64,000 nt of DNA, taken from positions 20,026,001-20,090,000 of the forward strand of contig CATNEN010000039.1 in assembly GCA_950097015.1 (NCBI GenBank). Reading direction: 5' to 3'. Shown one piece after another: positions 46,788-59,518 of the stretch; position 1 is the first letter of the stretch; each line of letters starts with the position of its first letter. This DNA is from Macrostomum hystrix (Eukaryota; Animalia; Platyhelminthes). Below the pieces are notes generated by a model. It searched no databases and was not told the DNA's origin. It worked only from the letters and a program-made list of their open reading frames with translations. The position numbers and the translations under genes were made by a program.

Positions 46788-47679
46788 GTCTGTGGGATCT
46801 GGGATCTTGAGGGTAGGAACAGCTGACAGGCTGTGGAATCTTGAGGGTAGGAACAGCTGACAGGCTGTGGGATCTTGAGGTTAGGAACAGCTGACAGGCT
46901 GTGGGATCTTGAGGTTAGGAACAGCTGACAGGCTGTGGGATCTTGAGGTTAGGAACAGCTGACAGGCTGTGGGATCTTGAGGTTAGGAACAGCTGACAGG
47001 CTGTGGGATCTTGAAGGTAGGAACAGCTGACAGGCTGTGGAATCTTGAGGTTAGGAACAGCTGACAGGCTGTGGGATCTTGAGGTTAGGAACAGCTGACA
47101 GGCTGTGGGATCTTGAGGGTAGGAACAGCTGACAGGCTGTGGGATCTTGAGGGTAGGAACAGCTGACAGGCTGTGGGATCTTGAGGGTAGGAACAGCTGA
47201 CAGGCTGTGGAATCTTGAGGGTAGGAACAGCTGACAGGCTGTGGGATCTTGAGGGTAGGAACAGCTGACAGGCTGTGGGATCTTGAGGGTAGGAACAGCT
47301 GACAGGCTGTGGGATCTTGAAGGTAGGAACAGCTGACAGGCTGTGGGATCTTGAGGGTAGGAACAGCTGACAGGCTGTGGGATCTTGAGGGTAGGAACAG
47401 CTGACAGGCTGTGGGATCTTGAGGGTAGGAACAGCTGACAGGCTGTGGAATCTTGAGGGTAGGAACAGCTGACAGGCTGTGGAATCTTGAGGGTAGGAAC
47501 AGCTGACAGGCTGTGGGATCTTGGTCGAGGGTAGGAACAGCTGACAGGCTGTGGAATCTTGAGGGTAGGAACAGCTGACAGGCTGTGGGATCTTGAGGGT
47601 AGGAACAGCTGACAGGCTGTGGGATCTGGGATCTTGATTGTAGGAGGCTGTGATATCTTGAGGGTAGGAACAGCTGACA
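46788..47679. repeat. 37-bp minisatellite (GGCTGTGGGATCTTGAGGGTAGGAACAGCTGACA-type) just after the DNMT2 stop
   Basis: About 24 near-identical copies starting ~40 bp after the TGA. Confidence 0.97.
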
Positions 47680-48482
47680 AAATTCAGTTTCTTGGCTGTC
47701 TGCAATAGCAAGAATTTTTTTAATCAGCTAGCTCTAATAATACCTTAAGGTAGTTTACAGTCATTGATTGTTGTGCATTTAAGCAACAATCTTTAATGTA
47801 GAATTTCTTTTTTTAAGAGATTTAAATGATTAGCTTAAAATAAAATTGCACTTTGTATGGACGAGAGACCAAGATGGATGGTGTGTCGTTAATGTATCTG
47901 GCATTTGGTGTCTAGCTACTGCTCTTAGATAATTTTTATGGTCAAGAATTTCTATAAAGTTATTTTTGAAATCTTAAAATCTATCCTTACGCTCGTACTT
48001 GGTTTGTCAAGTGCAAGTCACGTCGGGATTGGGTTTCACAGAAAATCTGATACGCTCCTGACAATTTTAATCGAGCTATAGTAACTACTCAAAATCGAAG
48101 ATCGACTTTAAAGAATTCGATACCAACATCAGCCAACTGCTGTGCAAAAGCAACTGCGCCTTTTTAAATCATTCAGCAAATTTTAGAACCGACAGGTGTG
48201 TGTGAATTCAAGCGGCCTTGAGGTGCAGGTAAAACACACTAAATACTGTCGTCGCGAATTGGTCAACGAAGCAGTTTCAGTGTTGGATTTCTTAAACGAT
48301 CGACGACATTTCTGAAGTGAAACTAAAAACATGAAAAATCGATTCTAGGTAACAGCTGGGGTCTTTGTTGTGTTAAGGAACACATTTAAAGTAACGGAAA
48401 TTTCGCCACAACCATTTCACTCGGCAATTCTTTACAATTTGCCTGATAACATAGCTCAATAGCAATCGGTGTATTCAAAACG

Positions 48483-49502
48483 ATGGCAAAGTGTGCCGCG
48501 TCAGTTCTGTTGGCGGTCTGCCTGACAATTGCACTGCCGCATGGTGAGTTTCACTTTAGCGAGTTTGAGAAGCTGCAACACAGTTTTGACAACCGCCATT
48601 TTGCTGCATGGTCAGCCACTGATCTCACGGCTGTTTCCAGCTGTTGCCCTGCTATGGACACTTGGGTACGCGTGCCGCGTTCGGACAGGGTCGTTCGTCG
48701 CGTTTCATACGTATATTTTGCCGCGGCCTGATGTATGCGTGTCCGTGAACTTGCCCTTAAACCTGCGATTTCACTGATGCTCGACTTATTATAGTACTAT
48801 AGTAACTGCATAGGCTAGTATACTTAAATGTACATGTCACATATGTCGCCAATCCACAGCCTCTCTATCGTCTAGCCCGAACATCAGGTCGAAGATGTCG
48901 GCTAAGATTCGGTCAATGTACACGTCCATCCCTGGCGGCGTTGTCTGCTCCAGCTGTCTGGTCAGTTCATTCCGCCGGCAGAGAGTCAGCCACAGCAGCG
49001 ATGATTTCCCAGTCAGCGAGCTGAATGCCAGGCTGTCCCGCTACCCGGCCAAGGCTAGGGACAAGCTGCGAGTGCTGCAGTTTGGCTCCAACGCCAAGAC
49101 AACCTTCGAGGATTCCCAGTGAGTAACGATCGAGTCTTAACGAGCCAATTATCAGCTTGTTCGAAGTTGAACAGATATGACTTTAACGTCCGATATTTTT
49201 TCAGCATCAACATCAACCCGAACCACGCGACCAAGAGTACATACTTTGGCATCGCTGAGCGAGTTGGCAGCCGTGTCCACCTTGGCATGGTCAGCACCGA
49301 CATTGTGGCCACCCTGGTGCACAAGTACAATGTATACACTAGGAGGGTGTGCCGCAGAATCATTTTCTGGAAGAAGTGCAAGAACCACACTATCCGCGAG
49401 CGCCGGGGCTACCATGGCGACGAGATTCGCAAGATCGACACCGCCCTGCAGTCTGAGACGTTGAAGGTGTTCCTGGAGAGCCTCAGCCGAATTAACGTGT
49501 GA
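48483..49502 (+). CDS. Uncharacterised secreted basic protein (~205 aa)
   Basis: Exons 48483-48543, 48860-49118, 49205-49502 with canonical, phase-compatible GT-AG sites. Hydrophobic signal peptide MAKCAASVLLAVCLTIALPHA. GC3-rich codons like neighbouring genes. Confidence 0.8.
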
Positions 49503-49779
49503 GCTGCAGCTGCTGATCGTCAACTGCAGCTATAGAGACAGCGAAGATTTATAAACCTGGAAACTTGAAGAAATTTTACAAAAATCTTGGTGGACTGGGC
49601 TCTTAATTAAAATATATTTTCAATTTAATCAAAGTTGAAACAGGTCGTCTCTTCGTAATGAACAGATATATTATTTTACAAAGTGGTAAAGTTTTACCTT
49701 CAAGTTTTCCGTTGTTTTTTTCACCTCTTGATCGACCAACAAATATCCCTCATCCCTATATGAACTCGGCAAAATTAAT

Positions 49780-50130
49780 GTTCCTCGATGAGGCAGTTGA
49801 ATCCGTGTTGCCTAGCGATTGACACATCCGCGTCACATTTGGACGCTGAAACGCGCGGTCGTCGGCTCAAAGGGTCGTCAAATCGTTTGTTCCCAAAAAA
49901 TATCGCCTGCAGCTCCTGTACGTGATGGTAAAAACTTTTTTTACTTTGGTGTATAACCACGCGCGCGTACATGTAAACGACAAAAGGCGCGGGACGTCAG
50001 AGCGTAATTCAGTGAACTTTGTCATAAAGATGCATTAGCCAGACAAAAAATGCGTTGCCATGAAAAAAAGCGCAAAATTTTTTTGAAATCTTCGACGATG
50101 TAGGTGCGATATCGATACGCCCTAAAACAA
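49780..50130. promoter_or_regulatory. CpG-rich putative promoter upstream of the abLIM-like unit
   Basis: Non-coding CpG-dense island with GGCGCGGGA (E2F-like) and GACGTCA (CRE-like) at ~49986-50000, followed by a CpG-depleted AT-rich tract. Confidence 0.4.
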
Positions 50131-52209
50131 CTAAAGTTCTCTATGCAAAGGCGAGAAATTTTTTACCCTCTTTTAGACTCAGTCGGAAATGTAGTATATT
50201 GTTGTTTACCATGCAACCGTCTGAAACTATATTCAAAACTAAAAAAATATTGTAAAGCCTTCTAAAGTAATGAGGAGGTGCGCCCCGTCGGAAATGAGAG
50301 GATGACAGAAATCCAAAAGGGCACCTAGTTTGTGCAGTACGATTTTGAGTTTATATAAATTCCCTTGTATTGTATTCCAGTAAGCTAGCCACTGCTTCAC
50401 TGATATTTTATAGCTGCTTTTGAGAAAGGTATTTCGGTTTCAAATATGCCTTTTTGGGGTTAAAGATTACGTTTGCCGTAACGCCAAATTTTTGTTGTTC
50501 AATGTTTTTTAAATTCTGAATTCTAGGAAATTGACAAAATATGTTCATAGAGCGCCTCAAGGTTACGATGGGTTCCTGACAGCCTTTGTTGCAGTATAAA
50601 CAATATTTAACACATATAATAGACCATTTACCTGATACTAAAGTACTGATTAGTTTAATGCCCATCCAAATTTTTATAATAAGCACAGCGCAATTTGTAT
50701 TAGGGAGCTAAGGGTAGGCAGGCTTACTGTGCATTTCCCGCTTTCTGTGGCAGTGGCTGTACCTCCGCTCCTTCATCTGACTATTTACATAGTTCAGTTA
50801 TATTATTATTATTATTATTATTGAGGTGCGCACGCCGATTGGGTGCTGATTTTTTTATTTATTTTATGTTTGAGGCTGAACAATTCGGTTTTTTTAAAAG
50901 AAGGCGATAGGAAAACAGGAGCATGCATAAGATTAATTTTAGGTGATTAAAATAAAAAAAACTAATTTTTTAAATAAACAAAGCCATTAAAACAAAAAAT
51001 GTAATATTCAAATTTAAAGAGAAAAAAACAGACTGAATGAAGAATAGGCCTAGCTATTGTGTTTTTGCATTCTAACTATGGGCCTCAGGGCAGTGGCTTT
51101 TTTATCTAGCTTTAAGTATGCTTTCTATGAAGTCCACAAAACTTTCTGTTAAGTCTGTGCTTTCCTGTGCCATAAAATACACAATTTTGTCATCAGCTGT
51201 TAGGCTTGATCGAGATTTCGAACAGTACCTTCCACTTTCTCTATGAATTTATTTCTAATTGGAACATAAATCGACCAATCACATCTAAAGTTATAGGCCT
51301 AACCATAAGTATTTTAATATATTGAATACCTATCTATCCATCCTCCTATTGATTTTTGGCCTTGTGTTTCGATGGAACAGTGATACAAATGGTGCAAATA
51401 CTTCTATTGAACTGAGCATTTTAGTCAAGCCACATGAGTTTTTGACACGTTACCAGGTCCAGTAGGCCTAGGCTAAATTGTAGACTATTTTTATTACTGT
51501 GGCTATAAGATCTGCTTATTGGCATGGAATATACTGTGTTAATAGACTAATGATAACTCTACACTACTGTACAGTACAGGACATTCCTGCATTTGCATGT
51601 TCTAGCTTTAATGCCTATGTCATTGTTGGGTGATTTCTAAACTTATTATTTATTAGTGCATTTTAATTAAACTATTAAGCTATAAGGCCCACATATTTTC
51701 ATTTACATGATATATCTAACTGATCTAATAGTTATAGGCTATTATTATATATTTAATACAATTTTATAATGACACTCACATTTTTTTGGATTGGGTCCTG
51801 AATTTTTTCAAGGGTGTTAGGATTACATATTAGCACTTATTGTATGATAAGTAGGCTAGGTGCTTTTTCAAAACATTATTTAAATTTTAGATTTAAATTT
51901 TAATTGAAAAAACTACTAGTCCCTAAAATCCAAGAAATGTCTTGCAAGGACAGGTTTGAATTATAAAATACTAGAGTCTAGTTGACCACAGTCCTGTTTC
52001 TATGGCTATTGCCTAATATATATATTAAAAGTCTAGATTGTTACATTTTTTTAATATTATGTTTCATACTTGAACTTCAATCCTTAAAATATTATGCATT
52101 TTTTGTTTTATTTATATTCTTCACATTAAAAGCCTTAACCACTATATCAAGAAACAAGTTGAAAATTTATTTCTCAATATTTTAAATAGCTAGGCTATTG
52201 TGTCTATTG

Positions 52210-52509
52210 CAGGGGTTGGCAAACTCTAGCATCTAGCCCACTGGCCTGATGCAGCCCTCAAAGCTACCAAATACAGCCCATTTCCCCTTCCTAGACACAT
52301 AGTTAGGCCTAAGGTATCCTGTTTAGTGTTTCATCTCTCCCCTGTCTCATCTTCTAACCCCTGTCTCATCTCTCACTGTGTCTCAACCTTCCCGTGTCTC
52401 GTCTTTCCCCATCATATTTCTATGCCGATGTCGTCTTTTCGGTTCTCTCTTTAGCCCTAATAATAAGTTTTTTATATACTAAGCTAGCTAATATGTTTGC
52501 CGACCCCTG
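52210..52509 (+). mobile_element. Degenerate hAT MITE (32285 family) with CpG decay
   Basis: Termini CAGGGGTTGGCAAACT ... TGTTTGCCGACCCCTG, colinear with the 32285 copy. Confidence 0.85.
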
Positions 52510-52728
52510 CTTTATAGGCACCAAAATTTTACTTAAAAAATCAATTTCAATACTTGGCAATAGTCAATTACTCTTTTAAAAGAAATAATCTTTCTTTTTC
52601 AGTGTGAAATTTCCTAACGACATTAAACTAGAAGGTAAAATTTCATTACCAAATCCTGCAGTTTGAAGGCCTACTTCAGCCACAGTCAGTCAGTGAAATA
52701 GCACTATTAATTTAGCCAACCATCTAGC

Positions 52729-55068
52729 ATGAAAGTGCTCTGCCTTGTCTGCAGCAAGCGCTGCAAAGGCGAAGTTCTGCGCGTACAGGATCGCTATGTG
52801 CACAAAGGCTGTTTCGCCTGTTGCCAGTGCAGGCGCAGTCTGGAACGCGGCGGCTTCTTTCTGCGCGACGGCAAGCTTTACTGCCCGGACGACTTCGCCC
52901 GACTACACGGCGTCCGATGTCGAGGCTGCGGCGGCGCCGCCACCGGCGAGGTAGCCACCGCCATGGGCGCCACCTTTCATCCGGCCTGTTTCCGCTGCGA
53001 AGGCTGCCAGGCGCCGTTCAGGTTGGCGTGGAATCCTGATATTGTCCAGACAGGAGGGATTGGACGGGACACATATAAGACACGGGATAGATAGATAGTG
53101 GAGGGATGGAGACACTGGAGGATAGAAAACGAATAGGTAGATGGATAACAGCGGAGAGAAGACCCAGTTTATCTAGTTTCCTCTCGCCACCTCCATCCTC
53201 CCAATCCGGCAGTCCCGGAGACCGAGTGGTCCTCTGGCCAGAGCGAGACGCCTTCCTGTGCCGCGACTGCGCCCAAACTGAAACTGCCCTGCGCCAGCCG
53301 CTGTCCATCGCCACGGACAACAATGGCCTTAGCAACGAGGAGCCTAGCATTGCGCCGAAACTGGCGGCCCCGGTGTCGGCCGAGGCGTCAGGTAGCAGCC
53401 GTCGCTATAGCAACGACGATTTCGATAGTTCAACTCGACGCGATCTAGTCGGCTCTGTGGACGGCCTTAGCAACGGCGGTGCTCGCAGCGTTATTAGCAA
53501 CGCCGGTGGTGGTGTCAGCGTTACGCCGGCTACGTCAGCTAGTCGAAGCGTCGCCGCGTCTCGTAGCGGACCGCAGCGGAGGACGCGGTCCTACCTCAGC
53601 ATCCAGTCCGAGATCGAGTCCCGACTGCCGCCGAGTGATCGCTACCGACGTGGTCTCTCGCCCTGCGGCTCGGTTCGTTCGCTCAGTCCGCGACGACAGC
53701 TGCGCCAGCAGCAACAGCAGCAGCAGCAGCACTTTCACGTGCCTCAACCGCAGCAGACTCACCCGCCGACTTCGCGATCGACAATGTCGATAACAACGGC
53801 TCCGTCAACGCCGGCCTCCCTGGCTTCGATGTCGCGTCGATCGCGCAGCGTCGCCGGCGGCGCCTCTCGACCCGGCAGCATCGGCGGCGGTCGTCGACGA
53901 CGCTCCCCGTCGGTTGGCGGCGGCGGCGCAGTCAGCGCCGACGAAGACGAGAACGATCCTGTGCTTCTAAGCCAATTCCCGGGCGCATCCAAGCCCGACC
54001 TAAGCCGGCCGGCGCCAATTGAACGCGACGACTGGCCCTGCCCGCCGTTGGCCGCCCTGCTGCCTGATCGACGCGGCCGGCAGCGAAATCGACAGCGCTC
54101 TCCGGAGCCGGAGACTCCCAGCGGCGATCGCTCGTCGACTAGAGCTACTCGCCAGCTGGTCGCAGGTCAGTTGGAACTGGGCTGCCTGGGCTCCGCTCTA
54201 TTGCTCTCCGGTGACAGCGGCATGGGCGGCGGTGTCGGGCGCAGCTCCGGCGGCTTGTCGATGCGATTCTCGCCATCAATTGGTGAAGATTGATTCATAG
54301 CTGACCACTTGATTCTTCCCCGTTCCTTAATCTTAGAACTCGATTCTTCCCAGATCCCAAATCTTAGAACTCGATTCTTCCCAGATCCCAAATCTTAGGA
54401 CTTGATTCTTCCCAGATCCCAAATCTTAGAACTCGATTCTTCCCAGATCCCAAATCTTAGGACTTGATTCTTCCCAGATCCCAAATCTTAAAACTCGATT
54501 CTTCCCAGATCCCAAATCTTAGGACTTGATTTTTCCCAGATCCCAAATCTTAGGACTTGATTCTTCCCAGATCCCAAATCTTAGAACTCGATTCTTCCCA
54601 GATCTCAAATCTTAGGACTTGATTCTTCCCAGATCCCAAATCTTAGAACTCGATTCTTCCCAGATCCCAAATCTTAGGACTTGATTCTTCCCAGATCCCA
54701 AATCTTAGAACTCGAGTCTTCCCAGATCCCAAATCTTGGGACTCGATTCTTCCCAGATCCCAAATCTTAGAACTCGAGTCTTCCCAGATCCCAAATCTTA
54801 AGACTTTGATCCACGGAACTTAGTCTTGCTTTAATTCGTCGTCATTTAGGGCTAAAAGTTTTTGGAAGCCAAGTTAAGAAAACCAATTATCTGCTGTCGC
54901 ATTTTAACTATCACAGACTCTTCGCTGCATAATCAACTTCTGCAACAGCGGCCAGACAACGAGACAACGTCGGAGTTGGGCGATCGCCGATCATTGTCTA
55001 GCGCGGCGTCGCCCCGACCCGGCTACACAATGGGACTGTTGGCTAGCAGCGCTGGAATTTCCGACTAA
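52729..55068 (+). CDS. Actin-binding LIM (abLIM/UNC-115)-like protein, short form (~504 aa)
   Basis: Exons 52729-53021, 53213-54282, 54917-55068. Two LIM domains (CLVCSKRCKGEVLRVQDRYVHKGCFACCQC...YCPDD; CRGC...FHPACFRCEGC...LCRDC). abLIM/dematin-like LSQFPGASKPD..PIERDDWPCPP. Confidence 0.85.
54308..54808. repeat. Intronic 31-bp minisatellite (GATTCTTCCCAGATCCCAAATCTTAGRACTY)
   Basis: About 15 copies in abLIM-like intron 2. Confidence 0.97.
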
Positions 55069-55732
55069 TTAAAAAGTGGCGTGTAAAATTATAGACTTAT
55101 TTTTGTTCAGAACGCTACTCAGATACTCTCGGCATATTGGAACCTTTTGGACAGGTGTCATTCACGCATTCGTTGCTGTAAGATATAGTCGAGATTCTAT
55201 TTTTAGAAAACTCAAAATCGGGGAATCCCATTGAAGAGTTACTCATTAAAAACGCCTTAAATCATAGAAATTAACTTTATCGAAGATCCTGGAAATTCCC
55301 TTTGCTGGAAATCCTGGTATTTCTATTTTTGGAAGTCTAATATAGGAATTCCCCTTGCTCGGGAATGATAGAAGTTTATTTTTTTCAGAAAACCCACCGT
55401 GTCAGTGCTCGGGAAATCCCGTTTTAAGAAATCCCCTCCCTGTCACTTTCTCACAATTTTCGTCTTGACTTTTGGTATTCATGACTCATTCTATTTTCAT
55501 TCTTCAAATTTTATGTAGCTGTACCTGTACCCATGTCTTAGTTTATTTTGTCCTATTAACTGTTGTTTTTGCCTCAGCTACCTTAGAAACATTTGCAAAT
55601 TTATTTTTTTCTATAAAAACTCTGCGTTAATTTTATCTGGTTTCTGTTTATTATGAAGCAGATGATTTCGCTACTTTCTTTAATCAGCTTTTATATTTTC
55701 CTTTCGAAAATTATAACATGCACTTTCCAACA

Positions 55733-56345
55733 ACTTCAGGCAAGTAAAACTTCAGGGAAGTGAAACTTTAGGGAAGTGAAACTTCAGGGAAGTGAAACTT
55801 CAGGAAAGTGAAACTTCAGGAAAGTGAAACTTCAGGAAAGTGAAACTTCAGGGAAGTGAAACTTCAGGAAAGTGAAACTTCAGGGAAGTGAAACTTCAGG
55901 AAAGTGAAACTTCAGGAAAGTGAAACTTCAGGAAAGTGAAACTTCAGGGAAGTGAAACTTCAGGGAAACTTTAGGGAAGTGAAACTTCAGGAAAGTGAAA
56001 CTTCAGGAAAGTGAAACTTCAGGAAAGTGAAACTTCAGGAAAGTGAAACTTCAGGAAAGTGAAACTTTAGGGAAGTGAAACTTCAGGGAAGTGAAACTTC
56101 AGGAAAGTGAAACTTCAGGGAAACTTCAGGGAAGTGAAACTTTAGGGAAGTGAAACTTCAGGAAAGTGAAACTTTAGGAAAGTGAAACTTTAGGAAAGTG
56201 AAACTTTAGGAAAGTGAAACTTCAGGAAAGTGAAACTTCAGGGAAGGTGAAACTTCAGGAAAGTGAAACTTCAGGAAAGTGAAACTTCAGGAAAGTGAAA
56301 CTTCAGGAAAGTGAAACTTCAGGGAAGTGAAACTTCAGGGAAGTG
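55733..56345. repeat. 17-bp minisatellite (GTGAAACTTCAGGRAA-type)
   Basis: About 35 copies downstream of the abLIM-like gene. Confidence 0.97.
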
Positions 56346-56798
56346 TTGGGTTGTGTTTAGTCTTAGCATATTCGTTACTGTAATTTTTTACACTTCTGTT
56401 AACAGCTTTTAGCTGCCCTGATAATATTTTTATTAGTTATATTTATTTGCAATTCGTTTTGTCTCTTTGCAACAGGCAATCTCCTTTAGATGTATGCAAA
56501 AAAATCTTTTTTTCTGAACTAAGATAGGCCTTTTGATATTGAAAATCTGTTAGCGAATACCTTGTATTAATTGAAGCAGTCTTTTATATATTTTTTGCTG
56601 CAATCTTCAAGTGCTGTGCGCTAGCCTAAATGATATTTTGCTACTATTTAGCTTGTAATAACTTCGCTTAACGCGCGCTTTTTGCTTTGCACATATCTTT
56701 TAGCAATATTATTGTACTTTTATTATTTAACATGAAAGCTACACTATCACAAATCTATAAATTTTTTGTTTAGCTATGAGGGTTTATTCACCTATAAC

Positions 56799-57533
56799 AG
56801 ATCTAGTTAATGGATCTATTGCAGATCTAGTCGAGATCTATGGCAGATCTAGTCAGATCTAAGACAGATCTAGATGAGATCTATGGCAAATCAGACGAGA
56901 TCTATGGCAGATCTAGACGAGATCTATTGGTAAATCTAGACGAGATCTATTGTTAGATCTAGACGAGATCTATTGGTAGATCTAGACGAGATCTATTGGT
57001 AGATCTAGACGAGATCTATTGGTAGATCTAGACGAGATCTATTGTAGATCTAGACGAGATCTATTGGTAGATCTAGACGAGATCTATTGGCAGATCTAGA
57101 CGAGATCTATTGGTAAATCTAGACGAGATCTATTGTTAGATCTAGACGAGATCTATTGGTAGATCTAGACGAGATCTATTGGTAGATCTAGACGAGATCT
57201 ATTGGTAGATCTAGACGAGATCTATTGGTAAATCTAGACGAGATCTATTGGTAAATCTAGACGAGATCTATTGGTAGATCTAGACGAGATCTATTGGTAG
57301 ATCTAGACGAGATCTATTGTAGATCTAGACGAGATCTATTGGTAGATCTAGACGAGATCTATTGGTAAATCTAGACGAGATCTATTGGTAAATCTAGACG
57401 AGATCTATTGGTAGATCTAGACGAGATCTATTGGTAGATCTAGACGAGATCTATTGTAGATCTAGACGAGATCTATTGGTAGATCTAGTTAATTGATCTC
57501 TAGTAGATCTAGTCAAGGTCTATGGCAGATCTC
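56799..57533. repeat. 23-bp palindrome-rich minisatellite (AGATCTAGACGAGATCTATTGGT)
   Basis: About 30 copies, each with two AGATCT and one TCTAGA. Confidence 0.97.
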
Positions 57534-58231
57534 ATTAAGGTCAATCAATCAGTCTGATCAATAACTTGTGATATGCTTAATCCTCTGTGACATATTTATT
57601 TAAACCCATCTAACGTTATACTGAAGTATTGCGTAGCGCTTTTAAGATACAGAATTGATTATAATTGATGTCTAGTCTAGCCAGGTTAATCTAGTTGCTA
57701 AGCAATCATAGTCATTCCATCTGCCGCTGTGTTTGACTGGCGAGGTTATTTTATCAGCTTGTTTGTGTATTTTTGTCCAGTTTTTGCTAGCTAAACTATA
57801 TTCAGATATTTTTGTTAATTTTCTTTTGCGAATACCGTAGCAGATTTAGTATCCTGGCTAGGCAATTTATTTTGAAACCCTGAATATGCATTCTCTGTTG
57901 TATTTGGAATAATTAATTTATATTGCTTTTGCAATGCTATTTCCCACGTAAAATTCCCCACTCAATACCAACTTTCTCGCCGCGCTAAAACTTCTTAAAT
58001 GAAATAGATATTTATTTATGTTAAATATTGTCTCTTCTGCTTCTTATTTTCCTTAGCGAATAAAGAAGAGAATGTGGTGAAAGAAAAATTGGAGAGACAA
58101 TGTGTGTTCATTGATTCTTCTTTGTTTACTTGCTATGTGGATAATAATAATAGACACCCAGAACTGACACATAAAGACACAGGACAGAAAGAAAGACAAT
58201 AAGAACTGATAGACACTCAGAAGAGCCCTTT

Positions 58232-58612
58232 GGACACCCTGAGGACAGGCAGAGAGACACCCAAACCTGACTTTAGGACACTCTGAGGACAGGCAGAGAG
58301 ACACCCAAAACTGACTTTAGGACACTCTGAGGACAGGCAGAGAGACACCCAAAACTGACTTTAGGACACTCTGAGAACAGGCAGAGAGACACCCAAAACA
58401 GACTTTAGGACACTCTGAGGACAGGCAGAGAGACACCCAAAACAGACTTTAGGACACTTTGAGGACAGGCAGAGAGACACCCAAAACTGACTTTAGGACA
58501 CTCTGTGGACAGACAGAGAGACACCCAAAAACAGGCTTTAGGACACCCTGAGAACAGACAGAAAGACACCCTGAACAGGCAGAGAGACACCCAGGACAGA
58601 CAGAAAGATACC
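58232..58612. repeat. 44-bp minisatellite (GGACACTCTGAGGACAGGCAGAGAGACACCCAAAACTGACTTTA)
   Basis: About 8 copies. Confidence 0.92.
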
Positions 58613-59518
58613 AAAACTTCGTAATACGAAGTCTTAAAACACTTTGGAATCTACGAGTAATTAAGCGCTAAAACAATGTTATTATACTCAATTACTTAAA
58701 ACCGTGAAGGTTGTGTTTTTGAACGCGTTTTTTGAACCCTGGATAAAAATTTCTATACAGATAAAGCAATTGTACTCAATAGTACTCAATGTTTAAATAG
58801 GAAATTGCTTGGAGTTTGTCTTCTGGTGTTTTTAATAAAAAATGCACATTTTGTAAAGCACCAATCAACTTTGCAGAGCAAGGAAAGACTTAGACTTAGC
58901 TCGTTGTTATGGAGACTAGCCGCTAAAAACCAAGTGTTTGTTTACCCGTCCTAGAGAGAGAGAGACAGACCCACCCGACTATGACTACGACTCAGTCACT
59001 GACTGACTGTGCAATGCTCACTTTGCTCCATATCCCATGCTTTCCCATTTCTAAACTGATCTCAAATTCTGATCGATTCGATATGCCTAATTTCGATCAG
59101 TTTTTTTATTCATGCATATAAGCTGCGTTTATAGTAATGCAGAAGACACTATGGTCTCTGCCTTATATAATTTGCACTGTTCTACCAGGGCTTTGAAACT
59201 ATTAAATTGGATCAATTTCTTTGGGCATTAAATAATTTACGTACGTATTACTAATATATTTTAATCTAGTAGTATGTACTAGTAGTATATATAGAAATCT
59301 CATGGAAAATTGTGTGGTAAAATTTATAGTGATTATTTTCAATTTGCTGAGTGCTTTTAAGCACTTAAATACTCAAATATTTTATCTGATCTTCTGCAAC
59401 ATTTTAAATTGTACAGATAAATTACACTATTGTTATTTCCATACTACTGTTAAATATATTGGTCGACTGAAATTATTAAAATTGCACAAAATACGATGGG
59501 GCTTTAGATCTATAAACG

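Noticed and set aside
47051-47711. Two ~209-aa minus-strand ORFs
   Set aside because: Translation of the 37-bp minisatellite.
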